Part shown: positions 1-12,836 of the stretch, piece after piece
Numbering within the stretch: position 1 is the stretch's first letter
How the letters are laid out: each line of letters starts with the position of its first letter
Origin: Rotaria socialis
Taxonomy: Eukaryota
Length of the DNA stretch: 64,000 nt
Direction of reading: 5' to 3'
NCBI GenBank assembly: GCA_905331295.1
Contig: CAJNYD010000423.1
Location: 124,001-188,000, forward strand
Translations under genes and position numbers: made by a program
Notes under the pieces: model-generated
Told to the model about the DNA's origin: nothing
The model's input: only the letters and a program-made list of their open reading frames with translations
Database searches by the model: none

Positions 1-379
1 TTACTTCATGTTTCGTTTTACGTATGGTATTATAAGAATTTGTTCCTGAACAAATTAAAAAACGATTCGAGTCCATACGCTGATTTGCTAAGCGTGATAA
101 ACGTGCAGCAATAGCAGCCGATGATATAGGCTTAGTTGATGATAATTGTTGATTATCTTTAGTTGTTTCGTCTTCACCACTTGATATAAGTGATGATTCT
201 TCGTCAAGTTGTAATTCAGTTTCATTATCATCATCATCTTCTTCATCGTCTTGCTCTTGTTCTCGTTCCTGCTCATGTTGTTCTTCATGCTCATCATGTG
301 TAGTTGTAACATTCATTTCATCTGTATCAGCACCAAATAATTTTATCATTTGATGAAAATCAGCTAGAGATGTAGCCAT
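1..379 (-). CDS. 5' part of an unidentified protein with an acidic (D/E-rich) N-terminal region; runs off the window edge
   Basis: ATG at 379 opens MATSLADFHQMIKLFGADTDEMNVTTTHDEHEEQHEQEREQEQDDEEDDDDNETELQLDEESS...AARLSRLANQRMDSNRFLICSGTNSYNTIRKTKHEV with no stop before position 1. The listed 88..312 ORF is an off-frame shadow of it. Confidence 0.7.
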   Translation of the reverse strand, partial: MATSLADFHQMIKLFGADTDEMNVTTTHDEHEEQHEQEREQEQDDEEDDDDNETELQLDEESSLISSGEDETTKDNQQLSSTKPISSAAIAARLSRLANQRMDSNRFLICSGTNSYNTIRKTKHEV

Positions 380-3157
380 AGTTTTATATACAAATACACA
401 CTCACACAAGTAGAAGAAATCTAGAAGAAATCAAGAGACATGATATATTGGCAATACAAATAAAAGTATCATTTTTTCTTCTTCTCTATATTACGATATT
501 TACTCGACGAGACATCGGATGACAAATCGCGTGATATAGACATGAGAATAAAGCTCATCCTTTTGTTCCTATTCTACGTCAATATGCAAAAAGAACAAAG
601 ATAAGATAAAAATTAGTTTTTCATTTGTATTAGAACTGACCTTTAAAACTCTTAGAAATAATCATTAAGTTGCTTGCTTAATATAGGATATTTTTTCGTC
701 TTTTTTTTTTACTAAATTAGTTACAAGTAACACACGCACGTACCGCATTTTTCTTTTTTTTTTCTATGTACCATTTACTTACTTGGTCAAACATACACGA
801 CTGATGTTGCATATTAAACTCAAGTTAGCAGATATCCTATTTTCTCATGTTTTTTTTGCTGTTTCTTTCCCTCGACTATTTATATCTAGCACGTTCGGGT
901 GAATAATGATGATGAACACGAAGGACCAAGACCATGACAAACATGCCGAACAAACAATTTAACAAGTCGCACCCTTATAAATATTGATTACATTTTTCTA
1001 AACAGATACTCGTGATGTGTTGATGATGGTTATCATCATTATTGGCTACGTACCTCATTATTTCACTAACTATTTGGATATATATATATATATGGTTCTA
1101 TGTCAACTAGAATTTATCTTAGTCATATTTGAATGAGAGGATATAGACTTCGCGGATTCTATGTTTTTCCTCATCGATTCTGATGGTTTTTATATCTATA
1201 TCTATATGTCGCATAGTTCACAAAAAAAAAGAAGACGAAGCAAAAGGAAGAGATGAACATTTTTCATCTAGCACATATCTCTATATCCATCTTTTGACGC
1301 TGTCGTTCACTCTTATTTGCAGTCGATGCTGCCTCATATTTTCTCATCGGTCGTCATCGTCTATCTTTTTTTGTGCCCGAGACAAAGTTCAGAAAAAAAA
1401 CATAAAAAAGAGAGACTACCCATTTCTTTTCTTATGTCTGTCTTCGTCTCGTATCTTGGAGTAGTGAACACACACATTCAGTTTTTTCCCTCGTCTCCCA
1501 TCGTATATCATCAGAACGAACAAAAAACGCTCATTGATGAAAAATGTTTGTGCGTTCACACGCACATAAAAAAAAGAAAAAAAAGAAGGATATATACAGC
1601 TGAATCGAGAATGGCAGCAGTAGCATTGGGATTAAAAAAGGGAGAAACACAGAGAAAAAGAAAAAAAATTGTTCATATACATATATATATATATATATAT
1701 ATGCATACCTGCCGTGTTCGTTCGACTGATAGCGATAACAAAGTAAATCAAAAGAAAGAAAGAAAAAAAAGTAACAACAACCTTCGATTTTGACCAAATG
1801 TCAAATCAAGAGATATCCTCTTCTTCTTCGTTTTTTTCTCCAATCGACTAGTGATGATGCTTACACATGCATTTACATATATGTGTTACGAAACGAGTGT
1901 AAACACGAAATGCAACGAAGAGGATACATCACTTTCTGATGAGTACGAAATTCGATCTATCGAATGATAACAGACCGACGAGTAATTTCTTCCATGTTAC
2001 TACTTCTCTCGCTTTCTCCCTAGTTTTGCCATGTAAAAGAAGAAAAAAAAGAAAGCCAAAGGAGATCTCTAATCACTGATAATGATGGACGATACTCCAT
2101 TTCTCGCTCGTTTTTTATGATGATTATAGGTCAACTGCATGTCAACATTATAGTGCTTCAGTCTGCCTTCGGTTTTTTTTGTCAAATAGATCATTCACTC
2201 TCTCTCTCTTTCTCTAGTTTTTTCTTCCTTATATACTGAGATATACGACATTGTCGTGGGCGCAAAGCGTAAATATCGAACGACATTGTTCATTAATCTA
2301 GTGCCAAAGAAGAGGAAGAAGAAGACATACAACGAGATGTATTCTTCTCTCCACCTATGTCCATATTTGTTACTGATTGCGCGACTCACCTTTTTTCGTT
2401 CTCTAATTAATTGTATGTATGCATAGCATCCTTCTCGATAGTAATAATACGCTTGCTGTTTGTATATGCATCACACATGTTGGATTGTAAAAAAGAAAAT
2501 AGTAAAACGAAACTCTCTTTTCTTCTTCTGCTTGCATCTGTAGTCAGTCGCTATAGCAAACAATTTCAATTCAGTTACTCTCTATTCTGCAACTGTCAAT
2601 ACTATCAGCAAGAAAGCGATGCAGGAGCAAGAAATATATGGATATTGAAAGTTTTTTTTGTTCGTTTCTCTCTTTCTCTATCGACACTTTTTCATCCGAC
2701 CAACAAACAGCAACACTCTCGGCTTTTTTTTTACATTACATACCATTCCACTAGCAACACCAGTTTAAACAAAAGAAGAAGTGAAATTCATATAAAGAAA
2801 GAAATTCTCTTTTTATACGTTGACAGGCGTCTATAAAATATACATCTATATGCATGTATATATAGTCGATATTTCGAAATTTACCTTCAAGGTATTGTTG
2901 ATTCAGGAAAAATATGTCGAAAATTATATGTACAAGTTAATAAATAGAATGAAAATGATACTATTTAATGTCAGTGCAACCAGACATCGGATAATCACAC
3001 AACGTGCACGAAGATGAACATATATTTATTCGATATATTATCGCAGAGAATGGTGATAGGTGCGTAGTAAGGAAAAAAGTAGAAAGATACCTGCAAGGCA
3101 TATATTTTGTCGGGAGAGAAAGACGTAGATGATAATGCGAACAAAGCATAAAATCAT

Positions 3158-3158
<1 letters not shown>

Positions 3159-3181
<23 letters not shown>
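3159..3181. repeat. (CT)n microsatellite
   Basis: Direct reading of the ctctct tract. Other (TA)n/(CT)n tracts lie near 1079, 1681, 2198, 26662, 26985, 27300 and 51203. Confidence 0.9.
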
Positions 3182-3188
<7 letters not shown>

Positions 3189-6100
3189 ACTAATATTTGA
3201 CTCGCCTCTCGCTCAGTTCTTTTCTATTGTAACACCATCATTTGCAATAAGACATAGAGGAAAGCGAGAAAGAGAGGGGCCACTTTATTATGAACGATGT
3301 TTACAATGGTATGTAATGTACGGGAGAGCAAAAAGACTTGGAAGAAAACGGAGACAAGATCAAGATAGTACAGATAATCACTGCGCCAATGAACCTTTCA
3401 TAATGAACATGACAAGAAACTTTATAATACATTCAAAATGAAAGAAATCATTGAACAAACTATATATTTAGTTTTTTTCTATTTCACAGGTCAAATGTAG
3501 AGTAGAAAAAAAATCGTTCTCGGTTGGTATAGTCTATATATTTATGTGGAGAGAGAAAAAACAAATGAAGTTACCGTTCATAGGTAAATAAAGGTCCGCA
3601 TATAAATACGGTTATATATTGTCGAACGATAATTAATCAGCGATACATAGAGTCTGTTTATTCAACAAGTCTGTATTTTATTGTAGATAAAAAGAAAAGA
3701 ATGTTTCAATGTAGTCATTTTGATGGATTCAACTTTTTCATATTATAATGATAAATTTCTGATCGATAGATAATCACAAATAGGTCTTCAATATTGCAAA
3801 AAAAAATGATGGGAATATAAGAATTAAATAAATTCAGGATATGTAAAATTATTACAAGAGTTCATTTGAAGACCACTTTGTTTTTTAGATTTCAATATTT
3901 TTCATTATTAATTATGATATTCTAATTGTGAGTACTGAGGATATATTTGATTTTTTTGAAGACCCAAACGATAGTTGAATAGTACTTGTTGTTGTTCAAT
4001 ATATACTTGGTTGGTAATGTTTAGCTGCATAATATTAACGAGTAATTTCTGTGCAATAATTTCATGATGACTTGTTTGTTATCGGGGTACAATCATACCT
4101 CTTTTGTCAACATTAACTGATCAGATTATTTAGTAGAATGACTATTGCAATGATTTTCGTTTGAAAAAAAAGGTTTCCATTTACTTTATCCGTTCAACCA
4201 CAAATCACGTATAATCCAATGGCTAATTTAAAAAAAAAGCGTAAATTTATCAATCTATTTGATTAATATACATTGATGTACTGAAAATAATGTCTTCTTA
4301 ACAAGATAAAGTCATGTAAATTTCTATGAGATAACTCATCAAATATTCGATAATTTTTATTCTCATCTGATATGTGCTCTGAGATGTGCATCGAATTTGC
4401 AGCATTGTGACTAACAAACATAAAATGCATGCAATATTCATAAAGGTACCTTTGTCTTTTGATTTCAATCTTATCAAAGTGATGAGCTTGATTTGAATAT
4501 TTCATTGTGATACTTATGTTTGATATACTTAACTTAAACAAATATAAACTTTATTAGACTCGATATCATGCAGATATAGCTTTTATTCTACGTACGAGCA
4601 TACATATGATTTGAACAGATTTGAATAGACTCAAATGATGATTAGCATTTTTTTACGTAAAATAAAACATTGAAAACTATATAATGGAATAAATTTTCTT
4701 GTTTTAAACTTTAGTAAAATCATTGTCTCGTATGGAGGATGCAAGAGAATTATTTCATCCTATCAATCTAAGTCCATTTACTTTTCATAGATGAAAAAAT
4801 CGATGATAATGTATGAGTATATGGTAGTAGTATGGAATCGCTCTAGACTTCTATTCAATCAATACCTTTGAAATATTGATTAAAAAAATCAGTGTCGATT
4901 TTGAAACAGAAACACTTGCTACGCAGCAAAAGTAAATCGTGGATTCACTTTGGTGAGAACAACAATATCTTCATGGATTGTTTTTAAGCAAGTAACACTC
5001 GTAACCAATCAAAAACCAATACTAGATTTTAGTTATAATAAAATAATTGATAATAAAATAATTGTTTTAAATCGTTTTATTACTAAAATTACTCAGCATT
5101 TTAGAGAAAATTAAATTAAATTAAATTCTATCGAGAGCCAAGAACAAGCGACACGCAGGGTTCACATTGTTATAGCTCCAGTCTTATTCCAAATATAGTT
5201 TTATGTTTACTTATGTTAAAAAACTAATATTATAATTAATGTTTCTCAAGTTTGCACTCTAAAATTGACGCTTGAAACACACTGAAGTGACTAGAAATAA
5301 CCTTTTTACGTCGGATTCAACCCTTTTTCACTATTATTACGGAAATGATAGAAATGCATTGATAATACTTCTATAAGAGACTCAAACGTCTTGTTCAATC
5401 AAAGTAAAAGAGCTTCTCAATGGACACCCTAGCTCAACTTCATATTTAGTTACGCTAATGTAAAATATGAATTAGCTTAAATCCTACTGATAATTGTATA
5501 TGTGCTGTTGACTTAAAGAAACAATAGGAATCAAATTGAAAACGAGTTTAAAAATGAATCTAACATATAACATCATAATCTTTTCTCCGTCAATCAAACA
5601 GTAAAATGTCTTCTAATTTTAAGCATATTGAAATGATAGCCTTAGTCTCGTGTGGTAGAATTTAAGAATGATTAAGTGATTTACTATTTAGAATAGAAAG
5701 AGTATATAAATACATGTGATCGACGAAACAAGTTTCTCGATAAATATCTTTTCGATTTTGTCTTCAGGTATGTTTTCATTCATTTCATGACTTATTTTGT
5801 ATTTAATGATCCAAGTTTTTATAATGACTTATCAAGAAAAATGAGGTGTCATAATCATATTTTTCTATCGAAATGACACACAGACTTTCTTGTATATAAT
5901 CTGATCTTTCTTTCGCATTTCTCTCTTTTATTATATAACTAATAGCAGATCAATCGAGTATAACTATTCCTTAATAAACTGTTATCTTCAGATATTCTTT
6001 ATTGTTTTTAATCATTTCATATTTTACACAATTTCTACTAGGAATTCAAACAATATTTAGATGTAATTGATTTCGATTGTACTCATCGATGTTAAACTGA

Positions 6101-6560
6101 TCTAAACATATCCATTACTGTAGAACTGCAGATATGAATGTTTTTGATGCAACTATTGTCCCATTGTCGATATTGAATAGATAAATTCTTATTTTATTTT
6201 AGTAAACAAATCACTCTCGGCTTTACTCAATCATTATAGACGACTTCATATTATCAAATAAGTTTATATATTGTAAACTAATCTTTTTTTGTATAGGTTT
6301 GTCTACTAATTTTATTTGGCTGAAAAACAAACAATGGCTGATGAGTGGGAGTGATCAATAAATAACTGATGTCTATCTTCTCGTCGGCGATAATTGTTCA
6401 GTGTCTGTTGATTAAATGCGTGATAACACATTTCCTGTACGTGTGTTCGAATGTTTACAATCGGCTCACCTGTGCTCGTACACGGCTCGTCTAACCGTAC
6501 ACATTCATTTAATCACTTTCATTATGAAAAAGTGTATCGTAACAGATTTGAAATGATGCA

Positions 6561-7058
6561 ATGCTTTCCATAGTATCGATACTTTCACTTACTCTTTTCT
6601 GTTTTATTAAAGTTTCATGGGCATCAGAATGTGAATCATATGCCAACGTATGGACTTATTATCCTTGTTCATTTATTGTTTCTTCACGATCATTGAATTG
6701 CCAGTATGTATCAATTAATTCATCTATTGATCAATGTACAAATAGAGAAATGACATTTTTTTGGCACTTTCCATACGGTAATATGACTATAACACTACAT
6801 TCACATAAGAATCGATCATTTTTATTACGTCTATCCAAAATATTGTTAACAAGAAACAAATTAATAAAAAATGTTTATCATATTGTAAATAATAAAACAT
6901 TAGAAGAAAGATTAATACACAATAATGAGAATGCAATCTTTACACTTCATTCAGATAAATATAATCAATGTTCTCTGAAATTCGAAACAGCAAATTCTTA
7001 CATTGTCGATTATGGAACATTTATTCAAATGGAAATTCATACTGCTGATGAAAAATAA
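6561..7058 (+). CDS. Secreted protein of unknown function, 165 aa, intronless
   Basis: Hydrophobic signal peptide MLSIVSILSLTLFCFIKVSWA, several Cys and N-x-S/T sequons (NSS, NMT, NRS, NKT). AATAAA overlaps the stop. Confidence 0.7.
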   Translation: MLSIVSILSLTLFCFIKVSWASECESYANVWTYYPCSFIVSSRSLNCQYVSINSSIDQCTNREMTFFWHFPYGNMTITLHSHKNRSFLLRLSKILLTRNKLIKNVYHIVNNKTLEERLIHNNENAIFTLHSDKYNQCSLKFETANSYIVDYGTFIQMEIHTADEK

Positions 7059-8011
7059 ACATTTAAAAAATTATTGCAGACATTGTTTCTTTTTCTTTGA
7101 ACAGTACGAACACAATAAAATTGATAGATTTGAAAGATTTTATAGAAGGGCTATGCTTTTTTTTGTCAACTTTATTCGAACTGATTAAGATATATAATTA
7201 TCTTATTAGTGATGCAGAAAACAACAGCAATGTTCTGATGAATAAATTGTAGAAAATAATCAATGATGTTTGAAAAGTTTTTCTTTACAAAACTTATAAT
7301 TTAGGACTTTGAATCATTTTTATTTTGAAAATTTCTAGTATTTTTCAATAATTGATGAGGAGTTCCACTAGTTTATGTAAAATCAATAGAGATAGTATAT
7401 GTAAAGAAATTTTTATTCTTGTATCATAGATATCTATTGAGAATCTATCGATAGAAAAAATGATTTTATTTGACGGCACAATCTTCAATTGTCTATAAGA
7501 TGAATACATAGAAATTAAACATGTTATATTCGTATTTCTTCGTTGCCTGTTTACCTGTGTTTTTATTATGTTGTTCAAAGTTACTTTCGATCTAAAAAGA
7601 CTCATGCAACAAGTAAACAATGAGGTAGAGAAAATTATTCCTGCCGCGAAAATAATCAATATGAAGTTTTTTTTTCCATCACCTACGTTCTCGCTCATAC
7701 TCAAAATAATTTAGAATTTTTTCACACATAGAAAATATCGAATTTCAAATCTTTCCTTAACAAAAGTAATTTTCATACTTTACTTATTAAAGGATTTATC
7801 TTATTAAGTCATTCTAACTCAATCATTTTTTGTTTTTGTGACTTTAAGAACGACATAGTACAGAGAAGCTAAAATAATTACATTGAGTTAATATCAAATG
7901 AATAGAAGATTATTTAGCTAAAGTGATTAAAAATAAAGATATACGAGACATAATTATTAAACATGATGCTTTTAAATAGTTTTTTTATCGTCTATACGTT
8001 CAGCATTTTCT

Positions 8012-8569
8012 CTAAAGTTTCATGGTTTGCCGATAGGAATGATTTTGATAATTATTTGAGGAACCAGCTAGATTTATTCGCGATTGATTGGGTCCATTTG
8101 GTAAGTCGTCTTCGTCTTTATCTCGTTGTATTCTTTGACAAACAATAATGAAAAAAAGAAAACCAAGTAAAACAACAAGAGCTGCACATAGAACAGCAAG
8201 AGCTATGATAATACGTTGTTTTAATGATTCATTCAAATAAATTTGATTCATATTTTGCTGACTTCTATTGCCGATAGAATCGGTAATTATATAACTTGGT
8301 ATAGTTGATGAAACTCGTTCAATAGACTGCTCTTTAACTTCATTTATTGTTGTTGATAGACGAGGTTTTGTTGAGTTTTTGTCTTCAACCTGCGATTGAA
8401 CGCAGTGAATAACTACAAAATATGAATAAAAAGTCGAAGATTATTATATTGAACATTATCTCTGAGATGTTTTAAGAAGTAATTATAACAAAGAGTAATT
8501 TCGCTCGTATGATAAATGCTTACTTCCATAAATGGAAACAATGTAGACAGTAAGATCCCACGAAAGCAT
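8012..8569 (-). CDS. Small single-pass type I membrane protein, 2 exons (8569-8524, 8412-8012)
   Basis: Exon 1 MLSWDLTVYIVSIYG ends at a GTAAGC donor. The acceptor TTTGTAG joins in frame to IHCVQSQVEDKNSTK..., an S/T-rich ectodomain, TM IIIALAVLCAALVVLLGFLFFIIVC and a short cytoplasmic tail. Confidence 0.75.
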
Positions 8570-9827
8570 TCCTATTGAATAGTTGTTAACAAGATGGTCA
8601 ATATATTAAAATATGTCAATGTATCATAAGTCAAAATAGTTTATTATCGTCTCTCTTGCACTGTTTTCTTTTCTCACAATACCAAGACAAATGGAAACGA
8701 GTTCTCCTATGTTATTAAAGGACGACGACAATATATCGATGACAAATAAAAACAAAAATGTACAGGCATTCGTTTACACTTGATTAATATTTTCATCTTA
8801 CCATACATAATACAAACCTAGTCATAACAAGTGTGGTGTGTATCTGTGTTTGATGTCTATTTGCTCTTTTCTTTTTTTTTTTGTTGCTCTTGATATTTGA
8901 TCGCGGAACACAAAAAGTGATATCAGAGATAATGATGCGTACAAACGCAAAAAAAATTATCCGATGAATATAAAGTTATGAATTTGTCAACTCCTTTTTT
9001 CTGGGCAAAAAAATTTTTTCAGGTGATCTTCCGAAAAAAGTTGCTTTTTGAAAGAATACTAACGAAGAAAATATTCTTTCTCTTATTTAATCAGACTGTA
9101 TCAACATGAATCGGTATTTTCGATTACGATAATGAATACTTTCGAAATTATCGTATTCTATTAAAAAAGATAAATTACGTATATGTAAAGTAATTTCTTA
9201 ACAGTTTGTTAGTCAACTCTTCAATTACACGATAAGAGTGAGCTCGTAAGCAGAGATCTTAGCTATGTGTATTATTTATTGAAATTCCATAAACCAATAA
9301 TAAGAAATGAATTGGCATCAGTTTTAGGTAGTGTGTACTCTAAATAAGACGCTATTGGCTATAAAATTTTAATGAGGTCTATGATTGTCATGGACGTCTT
9401 GTAGTATTTCTGCATCAATTGATAAATTTACCACGTATGAACTCTTTATTGAACGATCAGTTATGCAAAAAGCATTATTAATCATGTATAATTTTTGGGT
9501 TTGGGTGCAACTTTTCTCAACACTCACATTCGCATTTGCATCCTCCTATAAAAGAGTGATCCGATAAGAATGAAAAATAATGATCAGATACATGTGGAAT
9601 GAGTCTAATAGATTATTTTTGTCAATAAATGAAAACGATGTAATTTTGAAATATCATATCAGGTAGAGAAACGTAAATATTCTGGTTTTCTCTTCTCCTG
9701 ATACTTCTGTTGAAAACGATGTTAATTCTTGTCACCTGTGTTTTTTCTGCCTTTAAAAACATTTGTTGTTTTTGCGAATAGTTTGCGTCTCTTACATTTG
9801 GCTAAAGTGAAATCAGTTTAAATAAAA

Positions 9828-10616
9828 ATGCTACTTCAAATACTTTTTGCTATTATATCGTTAACAGCAGAAATAAGCGCTTCTGCGCAAACAGGTCGAT
9901 GTCCTCATCCACAATACGTATCCAGTGGTTTATCATGTTCAACTGAAGGCGATGATAGTGTTTGTCCATGGAATTATACATGTTGTCCATTGACAGATGG
10001 TATGAAATGTTTTAGTCCATGCCCTGAATTTTCGGCACCATGTACACTTGATTGTCCATTCGGTTTAAAAGTGGATCAATCGCCATGTACCGTCTGCAAA
10101 TGTGCAGCTCATCCATGTCTTACAACTACATGTCCTCTGGGAACGAAATGTACTTTACAAGAATATCAACCGTGCGCTATTAAAGGAAGATGTGGCGTAA
10201 CAACAAAATGTATTATTGATCCATCTATTCCTATTGATCCCAATTCAAAACCAAAAAAATGTCCAGATTATTGGCCCGTGATGGGTAATGGTTTACAGGC
10301 ATGTGTTGGTGCAGATTCATTGTGTCCTGGAGAACAAAAATGCTGCAAAGCTCCTCAAATGAATCATTTCAATTTGCAAGATTCACCTGTTAGCTACTGT
10401 GTTCAACCATGTGAAGATCTATCAAATTGTACTCTTCAATGTTCACACGGTTTCACTATTGATGGTGGTTGTCGTATCTGTCAGTGTGCTCCAAATCCTT
10501 GTGATACAATCTCGTGTCCTCCAGGTCAAATGTGCCAATTACTTCCAGCACCATGTGCCTTTTATCCCGGGCGTCCGCCATGTCCAATGTTTCCGACATG
10601 CATGAAAAGATTTTGA
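9828..10616 (+). CDS. Secreted Cys-rich protease-inhibitor-like protein, two (WAP-like + antistasin-like + follistatin-N-like) modules
   Basis: Signal peptide. WAP-like: GRCP..C..D..CP..CC..C and KPKKCP..C..DSLCPGEQKCC..C. Antistasin-like: CTLDCPFGLKVDQSPCTVCKC and CTLQCSHGFTIDGGCRICQC. FOLN-like: PCLTTTCPLGTKC and PCDTISCPPGQMC. Confidence 0.85.
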   Translation: MLLQILFAIISLTAEISASAQTGRCPHPQYVSSGLSCSTEGDDSVCPWNYTCCPLTDGMKCFSPCPEFSAPCTLDCPFGLKVDQSPCTVCKCAAHPCLTTTCPLGTKCTLQEYQPCAIKGRCGVTTKCIIDPSIPIDPNSKPKKCPDYWPVMGNGLQACVGADSLCPGEQKCCKAPQMNHFNLQDSPVSYCVQPCEDLSNCTLQCSHGFTIDGGCRICQCAPNPCDTISCPPGQMCQLLPAPCAFYPGRPPCPMFPTCMKRF

Positions 10617-11861
10617 TCAGATTGAGCACACCATAAACTGATCTATTTACTTTGATTGATGTTTCTCAAAATACAGTAAATTTATCAAGTTAATCTTGTT
10701 TCCATATCTCATACTAATGTCGATAGGTGCCATAATGGAAATCAGTGGATACTTCTGATTTAAAATTTTGCCTCTAGTTATATTACCAACGAAGTTTGCT
10801 TGTAAGAAACTCAAACTCGTGTGTATTCAGTAGTAGTCAAAAAGAGTACATATAATCTGACCATAGGAGACTATAAAGATCTGCTTGTTTTTACCCTATG
10901 GACAATTTTCAACATTTCGTATCATCAATAAAGAGGCTGAACAATTTTTATTCATATGAATTTTTTCACGAGAATCCTTATGTGATATGTTAAGAAGTAA
11001 ATGAATGTTTTAGAAAGGTATCATATAATTCAATAATAGAAGTTCAAGAATAAGCATCCAAATTTTCACCCTCAAGATGTTACCGTGGGTAATCGCTCTT
11101 TTTTAATGGCAATTAAAGTATGCGATTGATATGCATGTTCTATTTTCTCAAAAGACCACGATGAGTCATTAGCTAACGTAACACCATAATAAGTAATAGA
11201 AACACTTAGGCTTTTTTAAATAGTCTGATGTTTTTACCACTTGTTCAAATTATTATCATTTATACGAATACTCGAAAGAAATATTATTATCAAAATAAAA
11301 TTGTTATGCTCGCTCAAAAAAACCTTCTTTTTTTCAAATAAAAATAAAAATATTGTAAAGAATGCTCTTCGAATTAATTCTCAACTAGTATTCGATACAA
11401 TATTCAGTATGTAAAATAGTTGATTCCCCATAATTTATTTACTCTATCTCCTTCGTGATTTTGTCCTTAATAACGTCTGTTTTGCTTTCTTACTTTTATT
11501 CTTCTTAGTAGCAACTAAAATTTGATTCAGAAGAGTGATTTACATGCCTCATCTTACTTGATAGATAATGAAAAAACAAATTGTAGTTATTTGAAATCAA
11601 TCAAAAGGAAACCATTTCAGTTTTGTCTTTCGTAGATTTCTTTGTGAGGCATTTAACGAATTCATTAGCTGTTGGGATAGATTTGAATGCACATGATCGA
11701 CAATTGAAAAGGTGAATTTGTTTTCGAGCTAAAGATCAACTATTTTATTTTTATCGCTTCCTTTCTATGACTTTGTTTTTTGTCCTTGTACTGATAAGAA
11801 AAAGTGAGTAGAAAGATTCAGTAACTCAAGTATCGAAATCAACTTTTCATATGTCAATGAA

Positions 11862-12836
11862 ATGTGGCCGTATATTTGTCGGTATTTTCTGTTCATATTC
11901 TTATGTAGTCATCAGACAACAACCCAGAATGTCCCATTTGACACTATTGTAAGTTTTGGCGATTCACTTACTGATACAGGCAACGTTTATAATTTAACAT
12001 CTCATACATGGCCTATTGTACCACCATATTTTGAAGGTAGATTTTCAAATGGCCCTGTTTGGATAGAGAAATTAGGTATATCGATTATAAAAAATTATGC
12101 ACATGGCGGTGCAACAACGGATAATGATTTCATACAGGGCTATACTGCATCTGACACAGTGCCTGTACCTGGTATTCGTCAACAGATAAACATTTATGTG
12201 AAAGAAACTAACACAGTTACTTTGAATTTCGTCCGTACACTTTATGTTATATGGGGTGGCGCTAATGATTATTATTTCAATAAAACAATTAGTCCATCAG
12301 TAGTTGCTGCTAACATTTTAAATGGTGTTAAAGATTTACTCACTATTGGTGCTAAACATATTCTTATTATGAATCATTTACCTGTTCAAGTGATGCCATT
12401 TGTTCAGACAGATCAAGAATTTATTTACTATAGAAAACGCACTATCTTTCATAATAATAATCTTTCGGTTGACATTGCAAAACTTGATTATGATCGCAAA
12501 AAAAGTGCTTTATATTTATTCGATATTTATTCATTTATTTTGAAAATTACTGATAATCATAAGAATTATTCTTTGAATATAAAAGACAATTGCTGGAATG
12601 TATTAAATGGTAATGTCAGTATTTTATGTTCAAATCCACAACGATATGTTTATATTGACCAATATCATTTTACAACACGAATTCATGAATTAATTGGTGA
12701 TGCTGTACATAAATTTCTCTTCACTTCATTTGGTGTCACTAAACATTCTTATTCTGTTAGTAACATTGCATACCTACAACTCTTTCTAATATTGTCATTC
12801 TATTCTCATGAGAAATCCTTCTTATTTTTCATTTGA
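11862..12836 (+). CDS. GDSL/SGNH hydrolase (lipase/acetylesterase), secreted, intronless
   Basis: All four SGNH blocks present: FGDSLTDTGN, NYAHGGA, WGGANDY, DQYH; also GRFSNGPVW. N-terminal signal peptide and hydrophobic C-terminal tail. Confidence 0.92.
   Translation: MWPYICRYFLFIFLCSHQTTTQNVPFDTIVSFGDSLTDTGNVYNLTSHTWPIVPPYFEGRFSNGPVWIEKLGISIIKNYAHGGATTDNDFIQGYTASDTVPVPGIRQQINIYVKETNTVTLNFVRTLYVIWGGANDYYFNKTISPSVVAANILNGVKDLLTIGAKHILIMNHLPVQVMPFVQTDQEFIYYRKRTIFHNNNLSVDIAKLDYDRKKSALYLFDIYSFILKITDNHKNYSLNIKDNCWNVLNGNVSILCSNPQRYVYIDQYHFTTRIHELIGDAVHKFLFTSFGVTKHSYSVSNIAYLQLFLILSFYSHEKSFLFFI

Noticed and set aside
1931..1975. Hammerhead-ribozyme-like CTGATGA-GTAC-GAAA followed by a hairpin
   Set aside because: The stem II loop is only 2 nt, the cleavage-site base would be G, and no stem I pairing is found.
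1183..3149. Several listed ORFs of 60-158 aa
   Set aside because: Low-complexity translations of poly-A/T and (TA)n tracts; probably UTR, intron or promoter sequence of the gene at 1-379.
7345..7704. 119-aa minus-strand ORF with a hydrophobic stretch
   Set aside because: AT-rich composition, no motifs, and it lies in the 3' region between convergent genes.
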